A stretch of DNA of 64,000 bases, from contig DDWA01000019.1 in assembly GCA_002345425.1 (NCBI GenBank), forward strand, positions 411 through 64,410. Direction: 5' to 3'. Below the pieces are notes generated by a model. That model was not told the DNA's origin. It ran no database searches and was given only the letters and a program-made list of their open reading frames with translations. A program made the position numbers and the translations under genes. Shown piece by piece: positions 17,769 through 27,099 of the stretch. The stretch's first letter is position 1, and the number at the start of each line of letters is the position of its first letter. The DNA is from Bacillales bacterium UBA2298. GTDB lineage: Bacteria; Bacillota_I; Bacilli_A; Izemoplasmatales; Hujiaoplasmataceae.

Positions 17769-18919
17769 ATGAAACCATGCATCGCAATTGACATATCCAA
17801 AGGCAAGAGTTACTACCAAGGATTCATATCATTGAATGAACCATTTACAAAAACGAAATCAATTCATCATGATAAAGTTGGATACGATGAATTGATATCT
17901 GTAGGCATGACTATGAAAGAAAAATACGGAGATATCGATTACGTATTTGAATCAACAGGAATCTATCACAAGGGATTACAAAATCGTTTAGAGACAGAAA
18001 AGCAAAAATATATTATCTTAAATCCATTGGAAGCAGCGAAGATCCGTAAAAGCAAACTCCGTTCTACAAAGACCGACAAAAAGGATTGTCAGAGTATCGC
18101 ATTAGCTTATTATACGAGAGAACATAAGCCACACAATAAAAAAGATAAACTCCATGAAACACTCCAAATCATGAATCGGGAATATAAGTTCTTAATTCAA
18201 ATGTTGCGCCAAATGAAGGTGAGATTTATAACAATCCATATACCGAAGTTCCAATGGTATTACTAAAGAAATATCCACATCCTGAAGATATTAAAAACAA
18301 GTGTGAAGAAACAATAGCCAAATATCTAGAGAGCAACCATTCATCATCACGCATTTTTATTAAATGAAACTTGAAAAGTAAAATTGTACGCTGAAAACAC
18401 AGCTTCAAGATGCCATAGAGATGGGTATGAAGTGGAAGCTCTATCTTCACTAGTAAAACACCTTGAAACACAACAACAAGAAGTAAATCAATGTTTAGAT
18501 AGGATGAAAGGATTAGTGAAAGACAATCCATATTATGATCAACTTCAATCCATACCAGGAATGGTTCAATTCTAGCAATCAGATTATTTGCGGAACTTGG
18601 AGATTTAGGCCGTTTCTCACATTCAAGAAAACTCGTTGCCTATGCCGGAATCGATCCAATCGTATACCAATCAGGGTAAAGAACCGGCGAGCATCAATCC
18701 ATTACCAAAAAAGGAAACAAGAACTTAAGATGTCTTTTGTATTTGGCGGTAAATGCAAATATCAGAAGCAAGAAACCAAATTCCATTATTGACTTCTACA
18801 ACAAAAAGCGGCAACAAGCCAACCCACTGGCATATCGTGTCGCCGTTATAGCTTGTGCAAATAAATTGCTTAGAATAATCTACTCAATGCACAAGTCTGG
18901 AAAGTACTATAAATACTAA
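17769..18919 (+). pseudogene. IS110-family (DEDD) transposase/recombinase, disrupted
   Basis: The N-terminus is intact with IAIDISK (D8), FESTG (E61) and KTDKKD (D103/D106). The frame then moves 0 to 2 (about 18230), 2 to 0 (about 18340-18384) and 0 to 2 (a 1-nt deletion in IPG(I)GSILA near 18558). An in-frame TAA at 18677-18679 follows AYAGIDPIVYQSG. The C-terminal part continues as GEHQSITKKGNKNLR...ANKLLRIIYSM. Confidence 0.85.
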
Positions 18920-18943
18920 TCTAATTACATTATAACGCAATTT

Positions 18944-18966
18944 ATCCGATTTGACATCGGATTTTT
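18944..18966 (+). terminator. Hairpin plus T-run downstream of the transposase frame
   Basis: The stem atccgat/atcggat is followed by T5. Confidence 0.6.
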
Positions 18967-19100
18967 GGTTTTACCTAAAATATCTATAAATTATTATTAT
19001 AAAAGTCATTGACTTTATTTATCTAGTTTTTATTCGCTTTTTTAATCAAAGCAATTGAAGGAAACCGCTTTCTATGATATCATTAATTTGAGGTGATAAT

Positions 19101-19826
19101 ATGAAGTTAGAAGAGGTAGAAGCGCTTAAAGAGCAATTAGTCAACAAGAAAAAAACAATGACTAAAGCTGAACTTGCAGAAATATGCGATGAATTTGACA
19201 AAAGATTTATCTATGAATCAACAAGTTTTGATAATGATGATTTTACTTATGAAGATGTTTGTTTCTTGTTGGAGGATCATTCACGCGAATTCCCAGATAA
19301 AAAAGCCAATCGAAGAAAGGCGATAATTAATAATTATCACGCTATTAACATGGTTCATCGTCTTGTTGACAAGGGTACTCAATTGAATGAAAGCACTGTT
19401 AAGGATTTACACCAAGTTTTGGTTGAAGGCATTATTACTGGTGGCGTTTATCGAACAAGAGATTTATTCATATTAGGAGCTAAACACGTTCCGCCAACTT
19501 ATCTTAAAATCTTTAAAAAGATGGATGCTTATTTTAATGACTTAAACAATTCAAATTTAAAAGGACTAGAAAAAGCAGCTTTTGCTCATTTGCAATTGTT
19601 GAAGATTTATCCTTTTATGGATGCTAATGGAAGATTAGCTAGATTATTACTCAATTATCAACTGGAATTAGACGGTTATTTGCCAGTATCAATCACCAAA
19701 GAACAACGCGACTTATATTTTAAAAATATTGATGAGTATAAAATCAATAAAAAGATTGAGCCGTTCACTGAATTTTTAGCGGATTTAGAAGTGGCAAGGA
19801 TTAAAGAATTTATAGAGAGAGATTAA
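19101..19826 (+). CDS. Fic/DOC-fold protein with a degenerate active-site motif
   Basis: 241 aa. The core motif reads YPFMDANGRLAR where the canonical form is HPFx(D/E)GNGRxxR (His to Tyr, Gly to Ala). The GAGGTGA RBS is good. Confidence 0.75.
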   Translation: MKLEEVEALKEQLVNKKKTMTKAELAEICDEFDKRFIYESTSFDNDDFTYEDVCFLLEDHSREFPDKKANRRKAIINNYHAINMVHRLVDKGTQLNESTVKDLHQVLVEGIITGGVYRTRDLFILGAKHVPPTYLKIFKKMDAYFNDLNNSNLKGLEKAAFAHLQLLKIYPFMDANGRLARLLLNYQLELDGYLPVSITKEQRDLYFKNIDEYKINKKIEPFTEFLADLEVARIKEFIERD

Positions 19827-19857
19827 ATTCTCTCTTTTTAATGAAAGGAGACTTATT

Positions 19858-20823
19858 ATGAAATATGTTAGTTACCCATTTAATGAAATAAAAAGATTAA
19901 GTTTTTATCTCGCTACTGAAGAATTTCTGGCAAGAAATTATCCGGAAGACGAATATTTTTTCATGTGGCAAGTAAACCCTACTGTTATTTTCGGTAGAAA
20001 TCAATTGATTGAAAATGAAATTAATATGAAATATGTTAAAGAAAACAATATTGAGTATTACCGCAGAAAATCTGGTGGTGGTTGTGTTTATGCCGACTTT
20101 TCCAATATTATGTTTTCTTTTATAACTCCTAATTTTAATAAGGATTTTGTTTTCAGCACTTACTTGAATAAAGTAGCTGACTTATTAAAAGATTTAGGAC
20201 TAAATGCCTATGTTTCAGGGCGTAATGATATTTTAATTGATGGTCTAAAGGTATCAGGTAATGCCTTTTATCAAGTTAATTCTAGATCAATAGTTCATGG
20301 AACAATGCTTTATAATACAGACCTTAGCGTTATGGTCAAAGCCATCACACCGGATAATGAAAAACTTGTTTCTAAAGGTATTGACTCAGTTAGAAAAAGA
20401 GTTACCAACATTAAAGACCATCTACCAATAACGATTGAAGATTTTAAGAATCACATAAAAAATAATCTTTGTGATCAAGAGATTGTCTTGACACCAAAGG
20501 ATATTGAAAAAATCAGTAAAATAGAAGAAACATATTTAAAAGATGAATTCATCTATGGCAAAAATCCTAATTACACTTTAAAAAAGAAAAGCAAAACTGA
20601 AGCTGGCATTATTGAAATATCACTGGAACTAAAAAACAATATTGTTAAAAGATTGAATATGCTTGGAGATTATTTCCTGATAGGTGATGAAGATGAGTTT
20701 CTCAATAATTTTAAAAATATCACTTTTACAAAAGCGGATTTTGCTCAGGTTCTAAAGGATGTTAATATTAAAGATTATATCTATAATTTGACAGCTGAAG
20801 AATTTTTACAAATCTTATTCTAA
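19858..20823 (+). CDS. lplA: Lipoate-protein ligase
   Basis: 321 aa. Motifs RRKSGGGCVYAD and GLKVSGNAF are present. Confidence 0.85.
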   Translation: MKYVSYPFNEIKRLSFYLATEEFLARNYPEDEYFFMWQVNPTVIFGRNQLIENEINMKYVKENNIEYYRRKSGGGCVYADFSNIMFSFITPNFNKDFVFSTYLNKVADLLKDLGLNAYVSGRNDILIDGLKVSGNAFYQVNSRSIVHGTMLYNTDLSVMVKAITPDNEKLVSKGIDSVRKRVTNIKDHLPITIEDFKNHIKNNLCDQEIVLTPKDIEKISKIEETYLKDEFIYGKNPNYTLKKKSKTEAGIIEISLELKNNIVKRLNMLGDYFLIGDEDEFLNNFKNITFTKADFAQVLKDVNIKDYIYNLTAEEFLQILF

Positions 20824-20860
20824 TGAATAAATTTGTGTTATAATTATTTTGAGGTGAAAT

Positions 20861-21964
20861 ATGGAAAATTTAAAGAAAACTTGCCTTTACGATAAACACA
20901 TCCAATTAGGCGCTAAAATGGAAGATTTTGCTGGCTATGAAATGCCAATAGTTTATGATAACATTAAAAACGAACACTTAGCAGTAAGAAATAATGTTGG
21001 GATGTTTGATGTTTCACATATGGGTGAAATTATTGTTAAAGGTAAAGACGCACTTCATTTTGTTGAAAAGATATTCACCAATAAAGTTGAATCTCTAGTC
21101 GACGGTCAAGTTGCCTATGGAATGATGCTTTATCAAAATGGCTGTGTAGTCGATGATTTATTGGTTTATCGATTTAATGAAGAATATTTTTTACTCGTAG
21201 TTAACGCAAGTAATGTCGCTAAAGACTATACTTGGATTGTAGAAAATAGCAGTGAATTTGATGTTTTAATTCAAAATGTCAGTGAAGATTATCAAGAAAT
21301 TGCAGTACAAGGTCCAAATGCTGAAAATATTTTAATGATGTCCTTAGGTATCGATTTAAGTGAACTTGGTTTTTTCTTTTTTGCTAACTTTGAATTTCTA
21401 AATCATCACTTGTTAATTTCTCGAACAGGTTACACTGGAGAAGACGGTTTTGAAATTTACGCTTCCGAAGATGCTATTAGAGAAATTTGGGATGTGCTAA
21501 TCAATAATCAAGTAGCGCCATGTGGTTTAGGCTCAAGAGATACTTTAAGATTTGAAGCAGCTCTACCATTATATGGTCATGAAATTTCGCAAGAAATAAC
21601 TCCTCTTGAAGCAGGATTAAAGTTTTTTGTTAAACTTGAGAGCGACACTGATTTTATTGGTAAACAAGCTCTTCTAAATCAAGGAGAAAACCTATCTCGA
21701 AGAGTCGTTGGCATAGAACTGACTGAAAGATCAATACCGAGAGAAGGATATGAAGTTTATCACGAAAATGAGCTTATAGGCTATATAACTACCGGTTATT
21801 TAAGCATCTCTTTAGAAAAACCAATAGCCATGGCGATGATTAACAGACCTCACACCAAAAAAAACACCCCTATACATGTTAAGGTCAGAAATAAGATGAT
21901 TGCTGGCTTTGTCAGAGATAAAAAATTCTTAGAAAAAAAATATAACAAAACGAAGGGAGTTTAA
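20861..21964 (+). CDS. gcvT: Glycine cleavage system aminomethyltransferase (T protein)
   Basis: 367 aa. Motifs seen: GMFDVSHMGEI, SRTGYTGEDGFEIY and RDTLRFEA. Confidence 0.95.
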   Translation: MENLKKTCLYDKHIQLGAKMEDFAGYEMPIVYDNIKNEHLAVRNNVGMFDVSHMGEIIVKGKDALHFVEKIFTNKVESLVDGQVAYGMMLYQNGCVVDDLLVYRFNEEYFLLVVNASNVAKDYTWIVENSSEFDVLIQNVSEDYQEIAVQGPNAENILMMSLGIDLSELGFFFFANFEFLNHHLLISRTGYTGEDGFEIYASEDAIREIWDVLINNQVAPCGLGSRDTLRFEAALPLYGHEISQEITPLEAGLKFFVKLESDTDFIGKQALLNQGENLSRRVVGIELTERSIPREGYEVYHENELIGYITTGYLSISLEKPIAMAMINRPHTKKNTPIHVKVRNKMIAGFVRDKKFLEKKYNKTKGV

Positions 21965-21965
21965 T

Positions 21966-22346
21966 ATGAGTAAATTAGTAGAAGGACTTTATTATTCAAA
22001 AAGTCATGAATGGGTAAAACCATTAGAAGATGATGTTGTTTTAGTTGGCATCACCGATTTTGCACAATCAGAATTGGGAGATGTAGTGTTTGTTGATCTG
22101 CCAGAAGCGGGAGAGACTATCAGCCAAGAAGATGAATTTGGTGCGGTAGAGTCTGTAAAGGCTGCTTCGGATTTAATCGCTCCAGTGAGTGGAGAAATTT
22201 TAGAAGTTAACGAAGAATTGGTTGGAGAACCAGAACTTCTGAATAAAGACCCTTATAAAAATTGGTTGTTAAAAGTTAAACTAGAAAATACTGATGAATT
22301 AGGTAGTTTGTTAAGCTCTGAAGAATACGAAGAATTTATCAAGTAG
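21966..22346 (+). CDS. gcvH: Glycine cleavage system H protein (lipoyl carrier)
   Basis: 126 aa. The lipoyl-lysine motif VESVKAASD is present. Confidence 0.95.
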   Translation: MSKLVEGLYYSKSHEWVKPLEDDVVLVGITDFAQSELGDVVFVDLPEAGETISQEDEFGAVESVKAASDLIAPVSGEILEVNEELVGEPELLNKDPYKNWLLKVKLENTDELGSLLSSEEYEEFIK

Positions 22347-22355
22347 GTGGAATAA

Positions 22356-23690
22356 TTGTTTAAATATTTTCCCCACACTAAAGCAGACATAGAATCAATG
22401 TTAAAAACACTTAATATCTCATCAATTGATGAGTTATTTAAGGATGTTCCAGAAAGCGTAATATTTAACAGTGATTATGATGTTCCCAGCTTTATGTCTG
22501 AATCAGAGTTAAGGAATCATTTTGCTGAACTTAGCAAAAAAAATCAAGAATTGACTTTGTTTTCAGGTTTAGGGATTTATGATCATTATCAACCGGCTGT
22601 TATTGATGCCGTTACATCAAGACAAGAGTTTATGACATCATACACGCCATATCAACCGGAAATATCTCAAGGAACATTGCAGTATATTTTTGAATATCAA
22701 TCAATGATTCAAACTCTTACTGGACTTGAAGTTTCCAACGCTTCCATGTACGATGGAACAACTGCAACCGCTGAAGCTTGTTTTATGGCTTGCGCTGTTG
22801 CTAAAAGAAACAAAATATTAATATCCTCAACTTTAAACCCAAATACAGTAAATGTCATTAAAACATACTTAAAATACAAAGAGTTGGAATGGGATTTTAT
22901 TGCAGAAAAAGATGGCGTTGTAGACATTGAAGATTTGAAAAACAAACTTGATAAAGATGTGGCTGGGGTTGTTGTCCAAAAACCTAATTTTTACGGTATT
23001 ATCGAAGATTATGAAGGCTTTGCAGATTTGATAAAAGCCAACAAGTCCTTATTTATTGTCAATGCTGATATTTCAACTCTAGGTGTTCTTAAATCGCCTA
23101 AAGAAGATGGAGCTGACATTGCTTGTGGTGAATGCCAAAGTCTTGGTATGCCAGTAGCTTTTGGTGGCCCAAGTTTAGGATATTTGGCTACAGAAAAAAC
23201 CTATGTTAGAAAAATGCCAGGACGCATATGCGGCTATACACATGATTTGGAAGGAAGAAGAGCCTTTGTCTTGACCTTGCAAGCAAGAGAACAACATATT
23301 AGAAGAAGCAAAGCTAACAGTAACATATGTTCTAATCAATCATTGATGGCATTATTCGCAACTATATATTTATCATTAATGGGTAAAAATGGACTTAGAG
23401 AAGTAAATAACTTGTCTTATCAAGGTGCTCATTATCTTTATGAAAAACTCTTGAAAACAAAGAAGTTTACTGATCCGTTCAAGAAACCATTTTTAAAAGA
23501 ATTCACCTTAGAAACTAATATTCCTAAAGAAGCCATTCAAACAGCTTTACTAGAAAAAGGCATTTTTGGAGGTATTGGTTTAGATGTTTTTGGTGAACAA
23601 TACGAAGGATTGATTAATTTTTCTGTCACAGAAAAAAGAACTAAAGCTGAAATTGATAATCTTGTAAATATATTGGAGGGATTATCATGA
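22356..23690 (+). CDS. gcvPA: Glycine dehydrogenase (decarboxylating) subunit 1
   Basis: 444 aa with a TTG start after an AGGTGGA RBS. The motif YTPYQPEISQG is present. Confidence 0.9.
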   Translation: MFKYFPHTKADIESMLKTLNISSIDELFKDVPESVIFNSDYDVPSFMSESELRNHFAELSKKNQELTLFSGLGIYDHYQPAVIDAVTSRQEFMTSYTPYQPEISQGTLQYIFEYQSMIQTLTGLEVSNASMYDGTTATAEACFMACAVAKRNKILISSTLNPNTVNVIKTYLKYKELEWDFIAEKDGVVDIEDLKNKLDKDVAGVVVQKPNFYGIIEDYEGFADLIKANKSLFIVNADISTLGVLKSPKEDGADIACGECQSLGMPVAFGGPSLGYLATEKTYVRKMPGRICGYTHDLEGRRAFVLTLQAREQHIRRSKANSNICSNQSLMALFATIYLSLMGKNGLREVNNLSYQGAHYLYEKLLKTKKFTDPFKKPFLKEFTLETNIPKEAIQTALLEKGIFGGIGLDVFGEQYEGLINFSVTEKRTKAEIDNLVNILEGLS

Positions 23691-25162
23691 TAAACTACAA
23701 CAAAATGATATTTGAATTATCGAACTCTGAAAGAATCGGTTATTCTCTACCAAGAGAAAAATTTAGTGAATTTCATATTAATCAATTATCTGACAATTTA
23801 TTAAGAAAAAAAGAGTTATTACTACCTGAAGTTTCAGAATTAGATGTTTTAAGGCACTTTACAAATATATCCATCAAAAATTTTGGTGTTGAAAACGGCT
23901 TTTATCCATTGGGTTCATGCACGATGAAATATAACCCGAAAATCAATGAAGAAATGGCCGCAAATAAGGCTTTCAGTAATTTGCATCCTTTGCAACCGAC
24001 AAGCACTACTCAAGGTGCTTTGGAAGTTTATTATAACTTACAAACCTACCTTTCAGAACTTTCTGGGTTACATGAATTTTCAATAAATCCATATGCTGGA
24101 GCACATGGTGAATTAGTTGGTTTAATGGTTATTAAAGCCTATCATGAAGATCGTGGTGATTTTAAGCGAAAGAAAATAATCATTCCTGATTCCGCGCATG
24201 GTACTAACCCAGCTTCTACAGTAGTTTGCGGTATGGATGTGGTGGAAATTGAGTCAAACGAATTAGGACGTGTCGACCTTAAAAAATTAAAAGCAGTTCT
24301 CAATGATGAAATTGCTGGTATGATGTTAACTAATCCTAATACCTTGGGAATCTTTGAAAATGATATTTGCGAAATCACAAAACTAATTCATGAAGCCGGT
24401 GGGTTGATGTACTATGATGGGGCAAATTTAAATGCTTTACTTGGTAAGGTTAGACCAGGGGATATGGGATTTGATGTCATGCATATTAATCTTCATAAAA
24501 CCTTCTCAACTCCACATGGAGGCGGGGGACCTGGTTCAGGTCCAGTTGGTGTAACTGAAACTTTAGCAAAATACCTTCCTAATCCAAGAATTAAAAAACT
24601 AGACGATTATTACTTTGTTGAAAACAGTAGTACTGCTTTGGGACAAATCTCCAGCTATTTTGGAAATTATTTAGTAGCTCTAAGAGCATATACCTATATT
24701 AGAACCCTAGGAAAAGAAAACTTAAAATTAGTAGGCCCTTATGCCACATTAAACGCTAACTACATATCAAAAGCACTTAGAACAGCTTATGAACTACCAA
24801 TCAAAGGCTATTGTATGCATGAAGTAGTGTTTAACGGTCTTATTAATAAAGACAATGATGTTAGAACTCTAGATATAGCAAAAAGATTACTTGATTTCGG
24901 CATGCATGCTCCAACCGTTTATTTCCCACTTTTATTCCCACAAGCAATCATGATAGAACCGACTGAAACAGAATCTAAGGAAACAATCGATGATTTTATC
25001 AATGTTATGCATAAAATTGCAATCGAAGCCAAAGAAGATCCTGATAAGTTGAAACAAGCTCCAACCAAGACACCAATTAGAAGAACTGATGAAGTCTTTG
25101 CGGCTAAAATGATGATTTTTTCTTACAAGGACTATTTAGAATATATTAATAATCGAGGGTAG
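23687..25162 (+). CDS. gcvPB: Glycine dehydrogenase (decarboxylating) subunit 2
   Basis: 491 aa. Its start forms an ATGA overlap with gcvPA. The PLP-lysine context NLHKTFSTPHGGGGPG is present. Confidence 0.9.
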   Translation: MINYNKMIFELSNSERIGYSLPREKFSEFHINQLSDNLLRKKELLLPEVSELDVLRHFTNISIKNFGVENGFYPLGSCTMKYNPKINEEMAANKAFSNLHPLQPTSTTQGALEVYYNLQTYLSELSGLHEFSINPYAGAHGELVGLMVIKAYHEDRGDFKRKKIIIPDSAHGTNPASTVVCGMDVVEIESNELGRVDLKKLKAVLNDEIAGMMLTNPNTLGIFENDICEITKLIHEAGGLMYYDGANLNALLGKVRPGDMGFDVMHINLHKTFSTPHGGGGPGSGPVGVTETLAKYLPNPRIKKLDDYYFVENSSTALGQISSYFGNYLVALRAYTYIRTLGKENLKLVGPYATLNANYISKALRTAYELPIKGYCMHEVVFNGLINKDNDVRTLDIAKRLLDFGMHAPTVYFPLLFPQAIMIEPTETESKETIDDFINVMHKIAIEAKEDPDKLKQAPTKTPIRRTDEVFAAKMMIFSYKDYLEYINNRG

Positions 25163-25166
25163 TCAA

Positions 25167-25898
25167 ATGAATATTTTAAATTTGTTTGGAATTGTAGATG
25201 TTTTAATTGTTTTAAGTGTTATTGGTTTAATCATATTAGGTTGGAAAAGTGGATTTTTACTAAAAATAATTCAACTAGCTTCCAGTTTATTTGGCTTAAT
25301 TGCTTCAATTCTTTTAGCACGACCATTTTCAAAAGTTTTAGATGGATGGTTCGGTGAAGGAATCTATAGCAGAATCGAAACATTTCTTCTAGATCGAATT
25401 GCTTCAGGTGACACATTGGCAACAGAAGCAAACATTCGTGAAGCGTTTGAAGGTATGGCTTTACCTAATTTCATTGTTGAATGGGTAATCAATTCGGTTA
25501 ATGCTGAAGAAACCATTCAATCGTTTATCAATGCTGTAACACCATTGCTTACATCTTTAGTTTTACTATTAATTGCCTTTGTTACCTTGTTTTTTGGTTC
25601 GATGCTGTTATTCTTATTACTTAAACTATTAGCAAAAATGATTACTTCATTGCCAATTATTAAACAAGTTGATAAATTTTTAGGGGCAATATTCGGATTA
25701 TTTAAAGCAGCTGTATTAATTTTCGTTTTGCTATTCCTCCTCGGTCTACTGATTACAATTCCGGCAATCAATAACTTTATGGGTGAGTTTATAATTAATG
25801 ATATGCAGCTTCAAAACGATAGTTTTAGATTATCAAAATGGCTCTATGATAATAACATCCTCAAATACATTATCAATGTTTTTGTGACAATAATTTAA
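25167..25898 (+). CDS. CvpA-family membrane protein
   Basis: 243 aa. The N-terminus DVLIVLSVIGLIILGWKSGFL and its 4 TM segments are typical of CvpA. Confidence 0.6.
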   Translation: MNILNLFGIVDVLIVLSVIGLIILGWKSGFLLKIIQLASSLFGLIASILLARPFSKVLDGWFGEGIYSRIETFLLDRIASGDTLATEANIREAFEGMALPNFIVEWVINSVNAEETIQSFINAVTPLLTSLVLLLIAFVTLFFGSMLLFLLLKLLAKMITSLPIIKQVDKFLGAIFGLFKAAVLIFVLLFLLGLLITIPAINNFMGEFIINDMQLQNDSFRLSKWLYDNNILKYIINVFVTII

Positions 25899-25903
25899 AA
25901 AAA

Positions 25904-25936
25904 GAACGTTCAGATCAATGTCTGAACGTTTTTTAA
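25904..25936. terminator. Bidirectional terminator
   Basis: The stem gaacgttcaga/tctgaacgttt is flanked by A- and T-runs, between convergent genes. Confidence 0.8.
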
Positions 25937-26982
25937 TACTCAATTATTATTTGTTTTAAAGTTGCCACAAGATCTTCTTGCTTAACTTTTTTGACCCTTT
26001 CACCATCGATAAAGAGTAAAGCTTCATTTAAACCGCCGGCTACAGCAATATTGGCTTCTTTAGCTTCTCCCGGTCCATTCACCACACATCCCATAATAGC
26101 GATTGAGATATCTTTATTGATATTCTCTAAAAATGTTTCAATTTCATTAACTATGGGAATCATATCATATTGAATTCTGCCGCAAGTAGGACATGATATT
26201 AATTTAGGTTTTTTATACAATTTTAAGTTAGCTAAAATTTCCTTAGCAACTTTAATTTCCTCAACTGGATTGGCAGTCAAAGAAACTCTAATGGTTGAAC
26301 CTATACCATGATAAAGCAAAGTTCCTAAACCAATCGAAGAAGAAATTGTCCCGCCAAAAGTTGTTCCTGCTTCAGTAACTCCTAGATGCAAAGGATAAGG
26401 GAATTTTTCTGCTGCTAAAAGATTTGCTGCTATAGTATCTTTGACGCTTGATGATTTTAAGGAAATGATAATATTGGTAAAACCAAATTTTTCTAATAAA
26501 GATACATGATATTGAGCAGAAGCTACCATCGCTTCAGGTGAAGGTTTGTGATATTCTTCTAAAATATGTTTTTCAATCGACCCGGAATTTATACCGATTC
26601 TAATAGGAATATTTTTTTCATTACAGGCATCTACCACTAATTTGATTTTAGTTTCATCGCCAATATTTCCAGGATTTATTCTGATTTTATCAACACCTGA
26701 TTCTAAAGCTTCTAAAGCCAATTTATAATCAAAATGAATATCGGCTACAAGTGGTATATGAATTGCGCTTTTAATTGCTTTTAATGCTTTTGCATCTTCC
26801 ATATTCAATACAGCAACTCGGGCGATTTGACAGCCGACTTTTTCAAGTTCGAGAATTTGAGATATTGTAGTTTCTACATTCTTAGTTCTTGTATTAGTCA
26901 TAGACTGAATAATAACCGAGTTTTCACCGCCAATTGATAGATTGCCAACTTGAATTTTCTTTGTCTTTTCTCTTGTATACAT
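25933..26982 (-). CDS. ispG: 4-hydroxy-3-methylbut-2-enyl-diphosphate synthase (MEP pathway)
   Basis: 349 aa. Motifs seen: IRINPGNIG, SCPTCGR and GCVVNGPGE. Confidence 0.9.
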   Translation of the reverse strand: MYTREKTKKIQVGNLSIGGENSVIIQSMTNTRTKNVETTISQILELEKVGCQIARVAVLNMEDAKALKAIKSAIHIPLVADIHFDYKLALEALESGVDKIRINPGNIGDETKIKLVVDACNEKNIPIRIGINSGSIEKHILEEYHKPSPEAMVASAQYHVSLLEKFGFTNIIISLKSSSVKDTIAANLLAAEKFPYPLHLGVTEAGTTFGGTISSSIGLGTLLYHGIGSTIRVSLTANPVEEIKVAKEILANLKLYKKPKLISCPTCGRIQYDMIPIVNEIETFLENINKDISIAIMGCVVNGPGEAKEANIAVAGGLNEALLFIDGERVKKVKQEDLVATLKQIIIEY

Positions 26983-27099
26983 TACATTTACCTCACATAA
27001 AAATCTAACTAATATTATACTATATTATTCAATTTTTTTGGTTTTAAAACTTCTTTTATTCGAAAATATGGTAAAATATAAGTATAAAGAGGTGTTATT

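Larger units (their letters stand above)
17370..18976 (+). mobile_element. IS110-family insertion sequence remnant (boundaries approximate)
   Basis: A DEDD-type transposase reading frame has a long non-coding 5' end and a short 3' end. The segment is visibly more GC-rich than the flanks. No terminal inverted repeats are seen, as expected for IS110 elements. Confidence 0.7.

Noticed and set aside
18226-18792. ORFs 18226-18531 (-), 18384-18575 (+) and 18535-18792 (+), listed as separate proteins.
   Set aside because: The plus-strand pieces are frame fragments of one disrupted IS110 transposase, or out-of-frame readings of it. The minus-strand ORF is antisense to it.
20824-20860. I looked for a glycine riboswitch upstream of gcvT, and also upstream of lplA and the Fic gene (18967-19100).
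   Set aside because: The gcvT upstream gap is only 37 nt. None of the upstream regions contains the conserved GGAGAG...ACCGAAGGGGCAA-type cores.
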